The notes: a model not told the origin generated them from the sequence alone. DNA of 45,202 nt from Bacteroidota bacterium (GCA_023392185.1 JAEVZP010000147.1:1-45202); one strand, 5' to 3'. Shown: positions 1 through 9,044, counted from the first letter of the stretch. Program-made: numbers and translations.

Positions 1-373
1 AGTCCAGTGCATCGGTGGTATTGGCAATATCGCCGACGGCCGCCACACCGGCGTCATACATATTCCGGAAGGCGGCCTGCCGGGCAGCTGTTTTCTCGGT
101 TTCGGTCGCGTCGCGGCGGGTCATTACCTGCTGGAGAAACACCATCAGTCCCGTGCCTTCCGGAATGGCCCCTTTCATGTGGGACAGTTCCAGATGACAA
201 TGGGCATTCACAAAGCCCGGACATAAAATGCCTTTTTCAAACACACGATCCGGAACTTTTGGGGAACCGGGCGGGTGAATGGCGATTACAACCCCGGCTT
301 CGTCGGTCTCCAGCAAACTGCCTTCGGGTACAAACCGGTAGCCGTCGTGAATCTGGGGCGCGGAAAAAATCAT
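1..373 (-). CDS. amidohydrolase-superfamily protein (deaminase-like), N-terminal part; continues beyond the left edge
   Basis: Absent from the ORF track because it runs off the window. A reverse-strand ATG at 371-373 opens MIFSAPQIHDGYRFVPEGSLLETDEAGVVIAIHPPGSPKVPDRVFEKGILCPGFVNAHCHLELSHMKG... GFVNAHCHLE is the HxH metal-binding motif of amidohydrolases. There is no stop codon down to position 1. Confidence 0.7.
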   Translation of the reverse strand, partial: MIFSAPQIHDGYRFVPEGSLLETDEAGVVIAIHPPGSPKVPDRVFEKGILCPGFVNAHCHLELSHMKGAIPEGTGLMVFLQQVMTRRDATETEKTAARQAAFRNMYDAGVAAVGDIANTTDALD

Positions 374-423
374 GGTACAAAGATGGCTGTTTTCAAAAAA
401 GAACGCGCCGTGTGGGGTTGTTC

Positions 424-453
424 CAAAAAAAGAACGCGCCTCCTGGCGCGTTC
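424..453 (-). terminator. intrinsic terminator downstream of rluB (GAACGCGCC hairpin followed by a T-run on the minus strand)
   Basis: The stem is GAACGCGCC (432-440) / GGCGCGTTC (445-453) with a 4-nt loop. On the minus strand it is followed by TTTTTTTGG. This hairpin is also one member of a two-locus repeat (see findings). Confidence 0.65.
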
Positions 454-580
454 CTACGTGTTTCTGCTTTTAAGGGTAGAAAAAACATCTGATCGCTACC
501 TCTTTTGTCCGGATCCCTGGCCTTCTATGTATAGGGCGAATGCAATTCGCCCCAACCCAAAATGTTCTTTTGTCTTTCGT

Positions 581-2149
581 CTAGCTCTTAAAGTGCTTGA
601 GCAAAATCACTTCCTTGTCGGTCAACAGGCGGTATTTGCCACGCGGAACGTTCTTTTTCGTCAATCCGGCAAACATCACGCGGTCGAGCTTTTCGATTTG
701 GTAGCCCAGGTGTTCGAAGATGCGGCGCACGATGCGGTTGCGGCCGCTGTGAATCTCAATGCCAATTTCGCTTTTGGTTTCGAGATACGCCAGCGCGTCG
801 GCCTTGATCTCGCCGTCTTCCAACGTCACGCCCGAAACGATTTGCTCAAAATCGGCCTTCGTCAGGTCTTTATCAAGCGTCACCTGATAAATCTTTTTAC
901 ACTCGTATTTCGGGTGCGTCAGGCGCTGGGCGAGGTCCCCGTCGTTGGTGATCAGAAGCACGCCCGTCGTATTGCGGTCGAGGCGGCCCACCGGATACAG
1001 GCGCTCGGCTTCCACGGTCTGCACCAGATCCATAACCGTTTTGCGGTCCGCTTCGTCGTCGGTGGTGGTGATAAAGCCTTTGGGCTTGTTGAGCAACACG
1101 TAGGTCTTGGCCGGTTCCGGCTTAATCACGCGGCCTTCATAAGTAACTACGTCGCCGGGCTGCACGCGGTAGGCCGGGTTGGTGTTCACCTCTTTGTTCA
1201 CCGTTACTTTTCCGGCTTTCACCAGTTCGCCTGCTTCTCGCCGTCCGGAAATCCCGCTGTGTGCGAGGTATTTGTTCAGGGTCATTTCGGCGCTTTCTGA
1301 AGCTTTCGCCTGGGGCTTTTCGTCTTCGCCAAAAGAGCGGCGGCGGGGTTTGGAGAAAGACTTGTCGCCAAATTCCCGATCGCCCCGGCGGTCGTTGTCG
1401 CGCTTTTCAAAAGGCTTGCGGTCGCCGTAGGATTTCCGTTCCCCATACGGGCGGTCTTCACGGCCTTCGCGGGGTGTAAATGGTTTTTTGTCGCCAAAAG
1501 ATTTGCGCTCACCAAAAGGCTTCCGCTCGCCATACGGGCGGTCTTCGCGGGGTGTAAATGACTTTTTATCGCCGTAAGGTTTGCGATCGCCAAATGATTT
1601 ACGTTCGCCGCCAGCCCGGTCTCCGTAAGATTTCCGCTCCTCGCCCTCGCGTTTTTGATAAGGTTTCTTATCTCCAAAAGATTTGCGGTCGCCAAACGGC
1701 TTGCGGTCGCCGAAAGAGCGCTTTTCGCCGTCTTCATTGCGGGAGAACGGTTTGCGGTCTTCGCGGCCATCCCGCTTTTCATAAGGCTTTTTATCTCCAA
1801 AAGATTTCCGCTCGCGGCCTTCGCGGTCGCCGTAGGATTTGCGTTCGCCAAAAGGCCGGTCGCCGCGCTCAGAGGCACCTTCGCCACGACCCGAATAGGG
1901 CTTTCTGTCGCCGTCGTTTTTGCCTTTGAAATCGCGCGCGCCGTAGGGCTTGGAAGGGCGCTCGGAACGGCTATCGCCGTCTTTTTTGGGGAAAAAAGAG
2001 TCCGGGTTTTGGTCAAAGTCTTTGCTGCGGGAGCGACCTTCCGGTTTTTTATCGCCGTAGTTGGAGGTATAGGCGCGTTCGTCGCCGCCGTTGGTGCCGG
2101 CTTTTTTGTCTGGGTCGAGGGGAATTCGTTTACGCTGCGGCTTGTCCAC
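581..2149 (-). CDS. rluB: 23S rRNA pseudouridine synthase (RsuA/RluB family) with a ~288-aa repetitive N-terminal extension
   Basis: The C-terminal ~235 aa carry an S4 domain (MTLNKYLAHSGISGRREAGELVKAGKV) and the pseudouridine synthase core (GRLDRNTTGVLLITNDGDLAQRLTHP). The long form starts at a GTG at 2147-2149. The first ATG, at 1283-1285, would give the canonical short enzyme. The extension consists of RKSFGD(K/R)KP(Y/F)-type repeats. Confidence 0.85.
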   Translation of the reverse strand: MDKPQRKRIPLDPDKKAGTNGGDERAYTSNYGDKKPEGRSRSKDFDQNPDSFFPKKDGDSRSERPSKPYGARDFKGKNDGDRKPYSGRGEGASERGDRPFGERKSYGDREGRERKSFGDKKPYEKRDGREDRKPFSRNEDGEKRSFGDRKPFGDRKSFGDKKPYQKREGEERKSYGDRAGGERKSFGDRKPYGDKKSFTPREDRPYGERKPFGERKSFGDKKPFTPREGREDRPYGERKSYGDRKPFEKRDNDRRGDREFGDKSFSKPRRRSFGEDEKPQAKASESAEMTLNKYLAHSGISGRREAGELVKAGKVTVNKEVNTNPAYRVQPGDVVTYEGRVIKPEPAKTYVLLNKPKGFITTTDDEADRKTVMDLVQTVEAERLYPVGRLDRNTTGVLLITNDGDLAQRLTHPKYECKKIYQVTLDKDLTKADFEQIVSGVTLEDGEIKADALAYLETKSEIGIEIHSGRNRIVRRIFEHLGYQIEKLDRVMFAGLTKKNVPRGKYRLLTDKEVILLKHFKS

Positions 2150-2305
2150 GGCTGGATCGTTTTTTAATTATTACAGAACCTGCAAAGGTAAGGTTGCCCC
2201 GGACGCCCGGCGGGTGTCCGGCACCGAAACGACTGGTGTAGAAGCGTTAAAATCGTCTCCGGCACGGAAATGAGGATTGGCATTTGAGACACGCCCTCGC
2301 GGCTA

Positions 2306-2338
2306 AAACCTATAAGGTTTCCGAAACCTTATAGGTTT
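2306..2338. repeat. 15-bp-stem AT-rich hairpin (AAACCTATAAGGTTT CCG AAACCTTATAGGTTT) upstream of rluB
   Basis: Read directly from the sequence. It shares the AACCTnnnnGGTTT framework with the 24866-24912 hairpin. Confidence 0.8.
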
Positions 2339-2359
2339 GTGATGTTTCCGGCACCAAAA

Positions 2360-2393
2360 AACCGGTCTTCTGCAAGCTTGCAGAAGACCGGTT
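2360..2393 (-). terminator. perfect 34-nt palindrome, terminator downstream of the YceI-like gene
   Basis: The sequence is AACCGGTCTTCTGCAAGCTTGCAGAAGACCGGTT. On the minus strand it is followed by TTTTTGG. Confidence 0.75.
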
Positions 2394-2406
2394 GGGGAAG
2401 GTCGGT

Positions 2407-2426
2407 TTTCCGGAAATTTCCGGAAA
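2407..2426. repeat. TTTCCGGAAATTTCCGGAAA: perfect 20-nt palindromic dimer of the window-wide TTCCGGAA motif
   Basis: Read directly from the sequence. It ends 4 nt from the stop codon of the YceI-like gene (2431-2433). Confidence 0.95.
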
Positions 2427-2430
2427 CAAG

Positions 2431-3102
2431 TTAGCCCGCTTTGCCTACAAGGTGAATACCGAGGTTCACGGTCGGGTGAATCATCTTGTCGCCGAGGCTT
2501 TTATCATTGCCATAAACGAGGCCCCACTGCGTGCGGTCGATGTTGAAGTTGGCATCAGCAGTTACTTCAGCAGGCGTAATAGATACGCGCGCCGGGAAGC
2601 TGATGCTTTTGGTGATGCCTTTCATGGTCAGGTTGCCGGTAATGGTATGGGTGGCGTCTTTGTGCATCGCGCTGTCGGGATCATTGGCGAAATCGAAGCC
2701 CGGCGTTACGCTTGTGATTTGGAAAACAGCCGTCGGGTGGTTTTGCACGTCAAAAAAGTCGTCGCTCGACAGGTGGCTGGTCAGCTTGGCGTTGCCTTCT
2801 TCGTCCTGATCGAGGGCCTTTATCGTGGGCATGTCGATCGTGAATTGACCGCCGGTGATATTGTCTTCGGTGGCGGTGAGGCTGCCGTCTTTCAGCATAA
2901 AGGTGCCGTTGTGTTTGCCTACCGGCTTGGTGCCAATCCAGGTAATCTGGCTTTGGGACAGATCAGCGGCATATGCTTTTCCGGTAGCGGGTGTGGTTAC
3001 GTTCTGAGCATCAGTAGCGTCAGCCTGGTGGGCATCCGGAGCGTTCTGGCAGGCAGCAAACAACAGCGCACTGCCGGAAAATATTAAAAATAATTTTTTC
3101 AT
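2431..3102 (-). CDS. YceI-like periplasmic or lipid-binding lipoprotein
   Basis: The ORF 2431..3204 is trimmed to the internal ATG at 3100-3102. That start gives a lipoprotein signal, MKKLFLIFSGSALLFAAC. YceI-type segments are present: ITWIGTKPVGKHNGTF, FFDVQNHPTAVFQITSV and GNLTMKGITKSISFPA. Confidence 0.8.
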   Translation of the reverse strand: MKKLFLIFSGSALLFAACQNAPDAHQADATDAQNVTTPATGKAYAADLSQSQITWIGTKPVGKHNGTFMLKDGSLTATEDNITGGQFTIDMPTIKALDQDEEGNAKLTSHLSSDDFFDVQNHPTAVFQITSVTPGFDFANDPDSAMHKDATHTITGNLTMKGITKSISFPARVSITPAEVTADANFNIDRTQWGLVYGNDKSLGDKMIHPTVNLGIHLVGKAG

Positions 3103-3221
3103 GGCCGCGAATTTACATCTTTCTATTGGATAAACGGTTTCCATTTTGGCTTTTTCAGGGTAGCAATAGACTGTGGACAATATCTTTAACCCGATTTTCC
3201 CCAAAATAACTTCAAGGTCAT

Positions 3222-4736
3222 ATGCGTCGGATTCCGGGTGTGATATGGTTGCTAATCCTGATCAGTGCGCTGGTGTTTACGGCCGGTTCGCTGCGCGTCT
3301 TCGATCATTTTCCCGACTCGGTGCACCGGTGGCGGCAAAGTGATTGCGCGGCCTACACCAAAACATTTTACCGAAACAATACCGGCCTGCTCACGCCCGG
3401 CACCTTCAATCTGGCAGGACAAAATGGGCGGGTGGCAAGCGAATTTCCCATTATCTATTACCTCAGTGCACAGATTGAAAAAGGGGTGGGCGAGCATTAT
3501 TGGGTCAACCGTAGTATCAATTTCGGGTTGTATTTTCTGGGTCTGTGGGCCTTGCTGGCCACTTTCACCCGCTATCTGTTTCGGGGGAAACGCTTTGCGG
3601 CCTTCTGCGTGGTGGCCTTGCTGGCGGCTTCGCCTTTTTATTACTACTATGCCCTTAATTTTCTGCCCAATGTTCCGGCTATCAGCCTGAGCTTTATCGG
3701 GCTTTATTTTTTGTTTGCTTTCCGGGAAAAGAGACGCTGGCTTTCGCTCCTGGGCGGCACTCTTGCGTTCACGCTGGCCTTGCTTCTGAAGCCTACCGAC
3801 GGCGGCATACTCCTGGGCGCTTTTGGATTGATGTCGGCCACACTGTTTTTGAAAAAGCCGCTTACGGGCCAGGAAAATATGCGCTTCTGGGTCGGACTGG
3901 TGGCTGCAACTGTTGTTGTGCTGCTGGTCAATTATATGTGGATCCGGTATGTGAATGCTTATAATGATCTCAATGGCAACCACCAGAACCTGATGTCTAT
4001 TTATCCGATCTGGGACATGGAGCCGGATGTGCGCAATTATACTTTCAAGCGCATCCTGACCGAATGGCGGCTTGATTTTCAGCATGTACTGGTCCTGGCG
4101 ACCCTCCCTTTTCTGCTGTTGATTTATGTGTGGAAATGGCGCGCTTTGGAACCGCGTTTTAAGTGGCTTACTTTCTATGTTGCGCTGCTGACGATGCTCT
4201 ACAGCGTATTTTGGTTTAAAGCCTATACCGACCACGATTATTATCAGCTGCCGCTGGTCCTGCCCATGGTTTTGGGGGCGGCCACGGTGATAGAATACCT
4301 GTCGCGCGCGGCCGGCAGGCAGCGATTGCCGATTGGCAGGAGCCTGCTGGCGACCGGCCTGGGTGCGTTGGTAGTCATCTCTGTATTCTACAACGGGAAA
4401 GCGCAGCAACGCCGCTATGCCGATCCGGGTCATATCCACCCGGTTCCGGAACTCTATGAGGCAGAGGCGTATCTGAACTCGATCGGTGTAACGCCGGACA
4501 AAATCGTTGTGTGTGCGCCCGACCGCAGCCCCAATATTTCCCTCAATGCCATCAACCGCTATGGCTATACTGAAGAGTTCAACGGTCCTTTTTACAACAT
4601 CAACACTTTTAAAGAAAGAGGCGCCTCCTATCTGATTCTGCTCGATACGGCTTACCTGTCCGATCCGCTTTATATACCGCATATTCAGAAAAAAGCCGGG
4701 CAATATGGCCGGGTCATGGTATTTGATATCCGCTAA
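3222..4736 (+). CDS. polytopic integral membrane protein, possibly a GT-C-type glycosyltransferase
   Basis: The 504-aa ORF starts at an ATG. It has about 10 or more hydrophobic helices followed by a soluble C-terminal domain. The family assignment rests on architecture only; I recognise no diagnostic motif. Confidence 0.6.
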   Translation: MRRIPGVIWLLILISALVFTAGSLRVFDHFPDSVHRWRQSDCAAYTKTFYRNNTGLLTPGTFNLAGQNGRVASEFPIIYYLSAQIEKGVGEHYWVNRSINFGLYFLGLWALLATFTRYLFRGKRFAAFCVVALLAASPFYYYYALNFLPNVPAISLSFIGLYFLFAFREKRRWLSLLGGTLAFTLALLLKPTDGGILLGAFGLMSATLFLKKPLTGQENMRFWVGLVAATVVVLLVNYMWIRYVNAYNDLNGNHQNLMSIYPIWDMEPDVRNYTFKRILTEWRLDFQHVLVLATLPFLLLIYVWKWRALEPRFKWLTFYVALLTMLYSVFWFKAYTDHDYYQLPLVLPMVLGAATVIEYLSRAAGRQRLPIGRSLLATGLGALVVISVFYNGKAQQRRYADPGHIHPVPELYEAEAYLNSIGVTPDKIVVCAPDRSPNISLNAINRYGYTEEFNGPFYNINTFKERGASYLILLDTAYLSDPLYIPHIQKKAGQYGRVMVFDIR

Positions 4737-4815
4737 GATTAGATCCGGTGTTGCTTTCTATTTCCGGAAAATTGTGCTTCCGGAAGGAACTTTGACGCTT
4801 TCCCAAGAGTAACCC

Positions 4816-5946
4816 ATGGCCGGTATCTACATTCATATTCCTTTCTGCAAAAAAGCCTGCACCTACTGCAATTTCCATTTCCGCACTTCGCTGCAACGCA
4901 GGCAGGAGATGGTGGCAGCCCTGCAAAAAGAAATTGAGTTGCGTGCGCCGGAACTCGCGGAAAGGCCGCTTCAAACGATTTATTTCGGCGGCGGCACACC
5001 TTCTATCCTTTCCACCGAAAAGATCAAACGCCTGCTGGACGCGGTTTTTGCGTCTTATAACGCCGATGCGGTTTCGGAAATCACCCTCGAAGCCAATCCC
5101 GACGATCTCTCCGAAGCTTTTTTAAAAGACCTGCGGCACACGCCGGTCAACCGCTTTTCCATTGGGGTGCAGTCGTTCCGGGAAGAAGACCTGCGGTTTA
5201 TGAACCGCGCCCACAGCGCCGCCGAAGCCGAAGCGGCCATCAAACGCGCGCAGGACAGCGGCTTTGAAAACCTGACGGTAGATCTGATTTATGGCACACC
5301 CGGCCTTACCGATGCCGACTGGAAAGCTAATTTGAACCGCATCCGGGAATATGGCGTGCCGCATCTCTCGGCCTACGCACTGACGGTAGAGGAAGGCACC
5401 GCGCTGGATCATTTTATCCGCAAAGGCAAAGCCCGGCCGGTAGATGCCGCGCAGAGTGCCGGACAGGCGCTGATCCTGCAGGAGTGGACGGCGCACAACG
5501 GCTACGAGGCCTACGAGATTTCCAACTTTGCGCGTCCCGGCCACCGCGCGGTTCACAACAGCTCTTATTGGAGCGGCGCGCCTTATCTGGGCATCGGACC
5601 TTCGGCCCACAGCTACGACGGCCGGCGCACGCGCCGCTGGAACGTAGCGAGCAACAGTCTGTACCTGCAAGGGATGTCGGTAGACGGGCAGCCGCCCCAT
5701 GAATCGGAGATTCTCACGGATCGCGATCTGCACAACGAATACGTGATGACGGCCCTGCGCCGCATGGAAGGCATCGACCTGGAAGCGGTAGCCGCGCGCT
5801 GGGGAGGCGAGGCAAGCGCGGCCCTCCGGACCATAGCAGAAAAGCACCGGGCTGCCGGACAACTCGTGTTGGAAGGGAACCGGGTGGCGCTCACGCCGGC
5901 GGGCCGGCTCTTTGCCGACGGCATCGCGGCTGAAATGTTTCGGTAG
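4816..5946 (+). CDS. hemW: radical SAM heme chaperone / coproporphyrinogen III oxidase-like protein HemW
   Basis: The N-terminus MAGIYIHIPFCKKACTYCNFHF carries the CxxxCxxC radical-SAM cluster motif. The HemN-like body (YFGGGTPS, NRFSIGVQSF) and the ~376-aa length are typical of HemW. Confidence 0.88.
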   Translation: MAGIYIHIPFCKKACTYCNFHFRTSLQRRQEMVAALQKEIELRAPELAERPLQTIYFGGGTPSILSTEKIKRLLDAVFASYNADAVSEITLEANPDDLSEAFLKDLRHTPVNRFSIGVQSFREEDLRFMNRAHSAAEAEAAIKRAQDSGFENLTVDLIYGTPGLTDADWKANLNRIREYGVPHLSAYALTVEEGTALDHFIRKGKARPVDAAQSAGQALILQEWTAHNGYEAYEISNFARPGHRAVHNSSYWSGAPYLGIGPSAHSYDGRRTRRWNVASNSLYLQGMSVDGQPPHESEILTDRDLHNEYVMTALRRMEGIDLEAVAARWGGEASAALRTIAEKHRAAGQLVLEGNRVALTPAGRLFADGIAAEMFR

Positions 5947-6033
5947 CCAAAGGCAAAAATCAGCTGGGATTCAACACAAACGAGAAAACCTTAGTTTTGC
6001 CCTCTTTCCCAATTCTTCTCTTTTTCTATTTGT

Positions 6034-6741
6034 ATGGATTATCGTGAAATTGTGGCCGTTACCGGAATCGGCGGTCTGTACCAACTGGTCACCTCCAAAG
6101 GCGACGGCGCTATCGTGCGCTCGCTGGCCGACGGCAAAACTGTTTTCGTTTCGGCGCGCAAGCATCAGGTGACGCCCATCGAAAGCATTGAAATCTATAC
6201 GAACGGCGACAATGTGCGCCTCCATGAGGTGCTGCAAATGATGAAAGACGCCGAAGCCGAAACGCCGCTTCCGGAAACCAAAGACCCGAAGGTGGTTGCA
6301 GCGTATTTCAGCACCGTTTTTCCGGAATATGACCGCGACCGCGTGTATCCTTCCGACCTCAAAAAGCTGGTGAAGTGGTATGGCCTGCTCAAAACCGCCG
6401 ATCTGCTCGACTTCAGTCGTTATCAGCAGGCGGAAAATGCAGGAGATCCTATGGAAACAGAAGCACCGATGCCGCTGGAAGGACAGGTGCAGATCAAAGA
6501 GCATAACAAAGACCACCACGTAGATGACGAAGCTGCTTCGCAATCTGTTGAGGGTGGAAATCCCGACGTGAAGAAGGCCCCGGCTAAAAAAGCAGCCACC
6601 AAAAAAGCAACGGAAACGGATACCGACAGCGAAGCAGCACCGAAGAAAACACGCGCAAAGAAAACCGCAGAGCCGGCTGCTGAAGGCGAAGAAGCCCCGA
6701 AAAAAACAAGCCGGAAAAAGAAAACCGACGAAGAAGCCTAA
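6034..6741 (+). CDS. DUF5606-like protein with a lysine/alanine-rich histone-H1-like C-terminal tail
   Basis: The N-terminus MDYREIVAVTGIGGLYQLVTSKGDGAIVRSLADGKTVFVSARKHQVTPIESIEIY matches the Bacteroidota DUF5606 pattern as I remember it. The C-terminal ~70 aa are KKAPAKKAATKKAT...KKTSRKKKT. An intrinsic terminator follows. Confidence 0.7.
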   Translation: MDYREIVAVTGIGGLYQLVTSKGDGAIVRSLADGKTVFVSARKHQVTPIESIEIYTNGDNVRLHEVLQMMKDAEAETPLPETKDPKVVAAYFSTVFPEYDRDRVYPSDLKKLVKWYGLLKTADLLDFSRYQQAENAGDPMETEAPMPLEGQVQIKEHNKDHHVDDEAASQSVEGGNPDVKKAPAKKAATKKATETDTDSEAAPKKTRAKKTAEPAAEGEEAPKKTSRKKKTDEEA

Positions 6742-6777
6742 GCCCCGGCCAGCACCGGTTTTTAATACCCTTTTCTC

Positions 6778-6812
6778 AAGTCCTTTCTGCCCCGGCAGAA
6801 AGGACTTTTTTT
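6778..6812 (+). terminator. intrinsic terminator of the DUF5606-like gene
   Basis: The stem is AAGTCCTTTCTGCC / GGCAGAAAGGACTT and is followed by TTTTT. Confidence 0.8.
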
Positions 6813-6879
6813 AGCTCCGGTAAGTCGTGTTCCGGGCTACATTCCGATTAAAAAAGCTTTTTTCCGGAAGTATAATGCC

Positions 6880-7094
6880 GTTTCAAGTATCTGGTTCTAC
6901 CACTGCCTTTCCTACTTTAGAAGACAGAAACTATCATTTACCCACCAGGCGTTCCTCCGGAACGCGAACCTTGTAGCTACCCCTGTTTTCTACCCACTAA
7001 ACGTTCCAGCGGAACGTACGGGTGTACGACAGGGCAACAAACAGGCTATATTACCAGTGAGGTCTTTATACTGTTTCAAGTATCCGATTCTACC
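6880..7094. repeat. 22-nt direct repeat pair (GTTTCAAGTATCTGGTTCTACC / GTTTCAAGTATCCGATTCTACC) bracketing a hairpin-rich non-coding stretch
   Basis: The copies are at 6880-6901 and 7073-7094 with 2 mismatches. The interior holds GTTCC-NNN-GGAAC hairpins at 6949-6965 and 7001-7017. Confidence 0.7.
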
Positions 7095-7184
7095 CCGGCC
7101 CTCACCGCCTTATGCAGGAGGGGGCGATCCGCATATAAAACCTAATTTTGGAAGCGCTATATCCTTCTAAAACACTTTCCCACC

Positions 7185-7385
7185 ATGAAACCGCAGTCCC
7201 TCAAAAAAGCGCTTATTACCCTGCTGGCGGCACTGCTTGTTGGCGCAGCGGTATACGGTCTGGCCCGCCTCCTGGGCCGCACGGCATCTGATGCCGAAAT
7301 GTTTGGGCTGATTGCCGTTGCCGTTGGCCTGCTCGAAAAGCCGGTCCAGTGGATCCTGCGCCACCTCGGTGTGGTAAAGAAATAA
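7185..7385 (+). CDS. small hypothetical membrane protein (66 aa, two predicted TM helices)
   Basis: The ORF starts at an ATG. Two hydrophobic segments are visible (LITLLAALLVGAAVYGLA and FGLIAVAVGLL). No homology is recognised. Confidence 0.4.
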   Translation: MKPQSLKKALITLLAALLVGAAVYGLARLLGRTASDAEMFGLIAVAVGLLEKPVQWILRHLGVVKK

Positions 7386-7406
7386 GGGTGTTTTTCCGGA
7401 AACCGG

Positions 7407-8096
7407 CTAGCCGTTGCGATGGTCGCTTTCCACCACGCCGTCGCGGATGCGGACAATGCGGCGCGTACGCGCGGCGATGTCTTCTTCGTGGGTCACCAGC
7501 ACCACGGTATTTCCGGAATGGTGGATGGCTTCAAAAAGATCCATGATCTCGATACTGGTTTTGGTATCCAGATTGCCGGTGGGTTCGTCGGCCAGGATGA
7601 GCGCCGGATTGTTGATGAGGGCACGGGCAATGGCCACGCGCTGACTTTGTCCGCCGGAAAGCTCGTTGGGCCGGTGGTGCGCCCGCTCGGCGAGGCCTAC
7701 TTTGGCCAAGCCTTCGCGCGCCCGCGCTTCGCGCTCTTTAGCGCCTACGCCGGCGTAGAGCAAGGGAACAGCCACGTTTTCCCAGGCAGAAAGGCGGGGC
7801 AGCAGGTTGAACTGCTGGAATACAAAGCCGATTTCGCGGTTGCGAATAGTCGCCAGCTCGTCGTCGTCGAGGGTTTTTACCGGCTGCCCGTTGAGCACAT
7901 AAGTTCCGGCATCCGCTGTGTCGAGGCAACCGATGATGTTCATCAGCGTGCTTTTTCCGGAACCGGAAGGCCCCATCAGCGCCACATATTCGCCCCGGTC
8001 GATGCTCAGGTCGATGCCTTTGAGCACCTGCAGGGCCTGATTACCCATGAAATAGGCTTTTTGGATACCGGAAAGAGAAATAACAGCGGGCGTCAT
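7407..8096 (-). CDS. ABC transporter ATP-binding protein (LolD/MacB/FtsE-like)
   Basis: Walker A is GPSGSGKST, the ABC signature is LSGGQSQR, and Walker B is [12 protein letters not shown]. The protein is 229 aa and starts at an ATG. No permease gene lies adjacent. Confidence 0.9.
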   Translation of the reverse strand: MTPAVISLSGIQKAYFMGNQALQVLKGIDLSIDRGEYVALMGPSGSGKSTLMNIIGCLDTADAGTYVLNGQPVKTLDDDELATIRNREIGFVFQQFNLLPRLSAWENVAVPLLYAGVGAKEREARAREGLAKVGLAERAHHRPNELSGGQSQRVAIARALINNPALILADEPTGNLDTKTSIEIMDLFEAIHHSGNTVVLVTHEEDIAARTRRIVRIRDGVVESDHRNG

Positions 8097-8351
8097 CGTT
8101 GGGGTAAAGTTTCAGAAAGCGGGGTACAAAAACCAAATTTCCCGCCCCTGAATTCCGGAAATTCCAATGTGCTTCACAATTGCCCGATACCCGGTGCTTT
8201 GTTCCTTTTGCAGAAAAGGATTTGAGCGAATAAACGGTTCTTTTCTTCCTCCAAAAAGAAAAAGGAGCGCCTTTTCAGGGGCACTCCTTTCGGACCGGAG
8301 GAAGGATGAAATTTCCGGAAAACAGCCTTTCCTTTCCGGAAAAAAACGACC

Positions 8352-9044
8352 TTATGCGGCGTCTGCCTGCGGAACGGCAGCCTTCAGCGCTTTTTTCAAA
8401 ACCGGCGGTGTTCTTTTTTCAATCGGCGGACAGAAATGGACGACGCCGCTGTAGAGGTCATACAGGGCTGGCACGACGGCTACTTCGCCTTTGTCCACCA
8501 GCTCGCGAATGATCTCGCTTTCGTCATACACGCGCTGGGCGTTCAGAATGGCGTTGCGCTTGGAGACATTGCGGTTGAAATCGCCGGTTTCCGCTTCGTT
8601 TTCGTGGGCTTTTTCATAATCAATCGCCGGCTGGATGCGCACTAAAACATCGGTCAGATGTCCCAGTTCCACACCTTTAACGGCTCCGGCAACAGCCCCG
8701 CAATTGGTGTGTCCCATGACCAGAATGAGTTTGGAACCAGCAGCGGCTACGGCATATTCCAGCGAACCGAGGATAGAAGGCATTATTACATTTCCGGCGA
8801 GGCGAATGGAAAAAATATCGCCCAGGCCCTGATCAAAAATCAGTTCGGCAGCCGTGCGGGAATCCATGCAGGACAGAATGGCGGCAAAAGGCAATTGCTG
8901 GTCGCGGGTTTGGTCGGCTTGTTCACGCAGATTGTGCTCAAGGCGCTCATTGTTGACGAATCGGTAGTTGCCGTCGCGCAGCATTTGCAGGGCAACAGCA
9001 GGCGTCAGGTCGTGGGGGCGGGGATGGCGGTCGGTAAAAGGCAT
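8352..9044 (-). CDS. beta-class carbonic anhydrase
   Basis: The motifs CMDSR...GHTNCGAV give the Zn-ligand Cys/His/Cys pattern of beta-carbonic anhydrases. The gene lies 60 nt downstream of the SulP gene on the same strand. Confidence 0.88.
   Translation of the reverse strand: MPFTDRHPRPHDLTPAVALQMLRDGNYRFVNNERLEHNLREQADQTRDQQLPFAAILSCMDSRTAAELIFDQGLGDIFSIRLAGNVIMPSILGSLEYAVAAAGSKLILVMGHTNCGAVAGAVKGVELGHLTDVLVRIQPAIDYEKAHENEAETGDFNRNVSKRNAILNAQRVYDESEIIRELVDKGEVAVVPALYDLYSGVVHFCPPIEKRTPPVLKKALKAAVPQADAA

Noticed and set aside
1282-2016. A 244-aa alternative-frame ORF, plus several plus-strand ORFs, inside the rluB repeat region.
   Set aside because: The repetitive DNA keeps several frames free of stop codons. 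Only the rluB frame continues into a recognisable catalytic domain and shows an amino-acid-level repeat with sensible composition.
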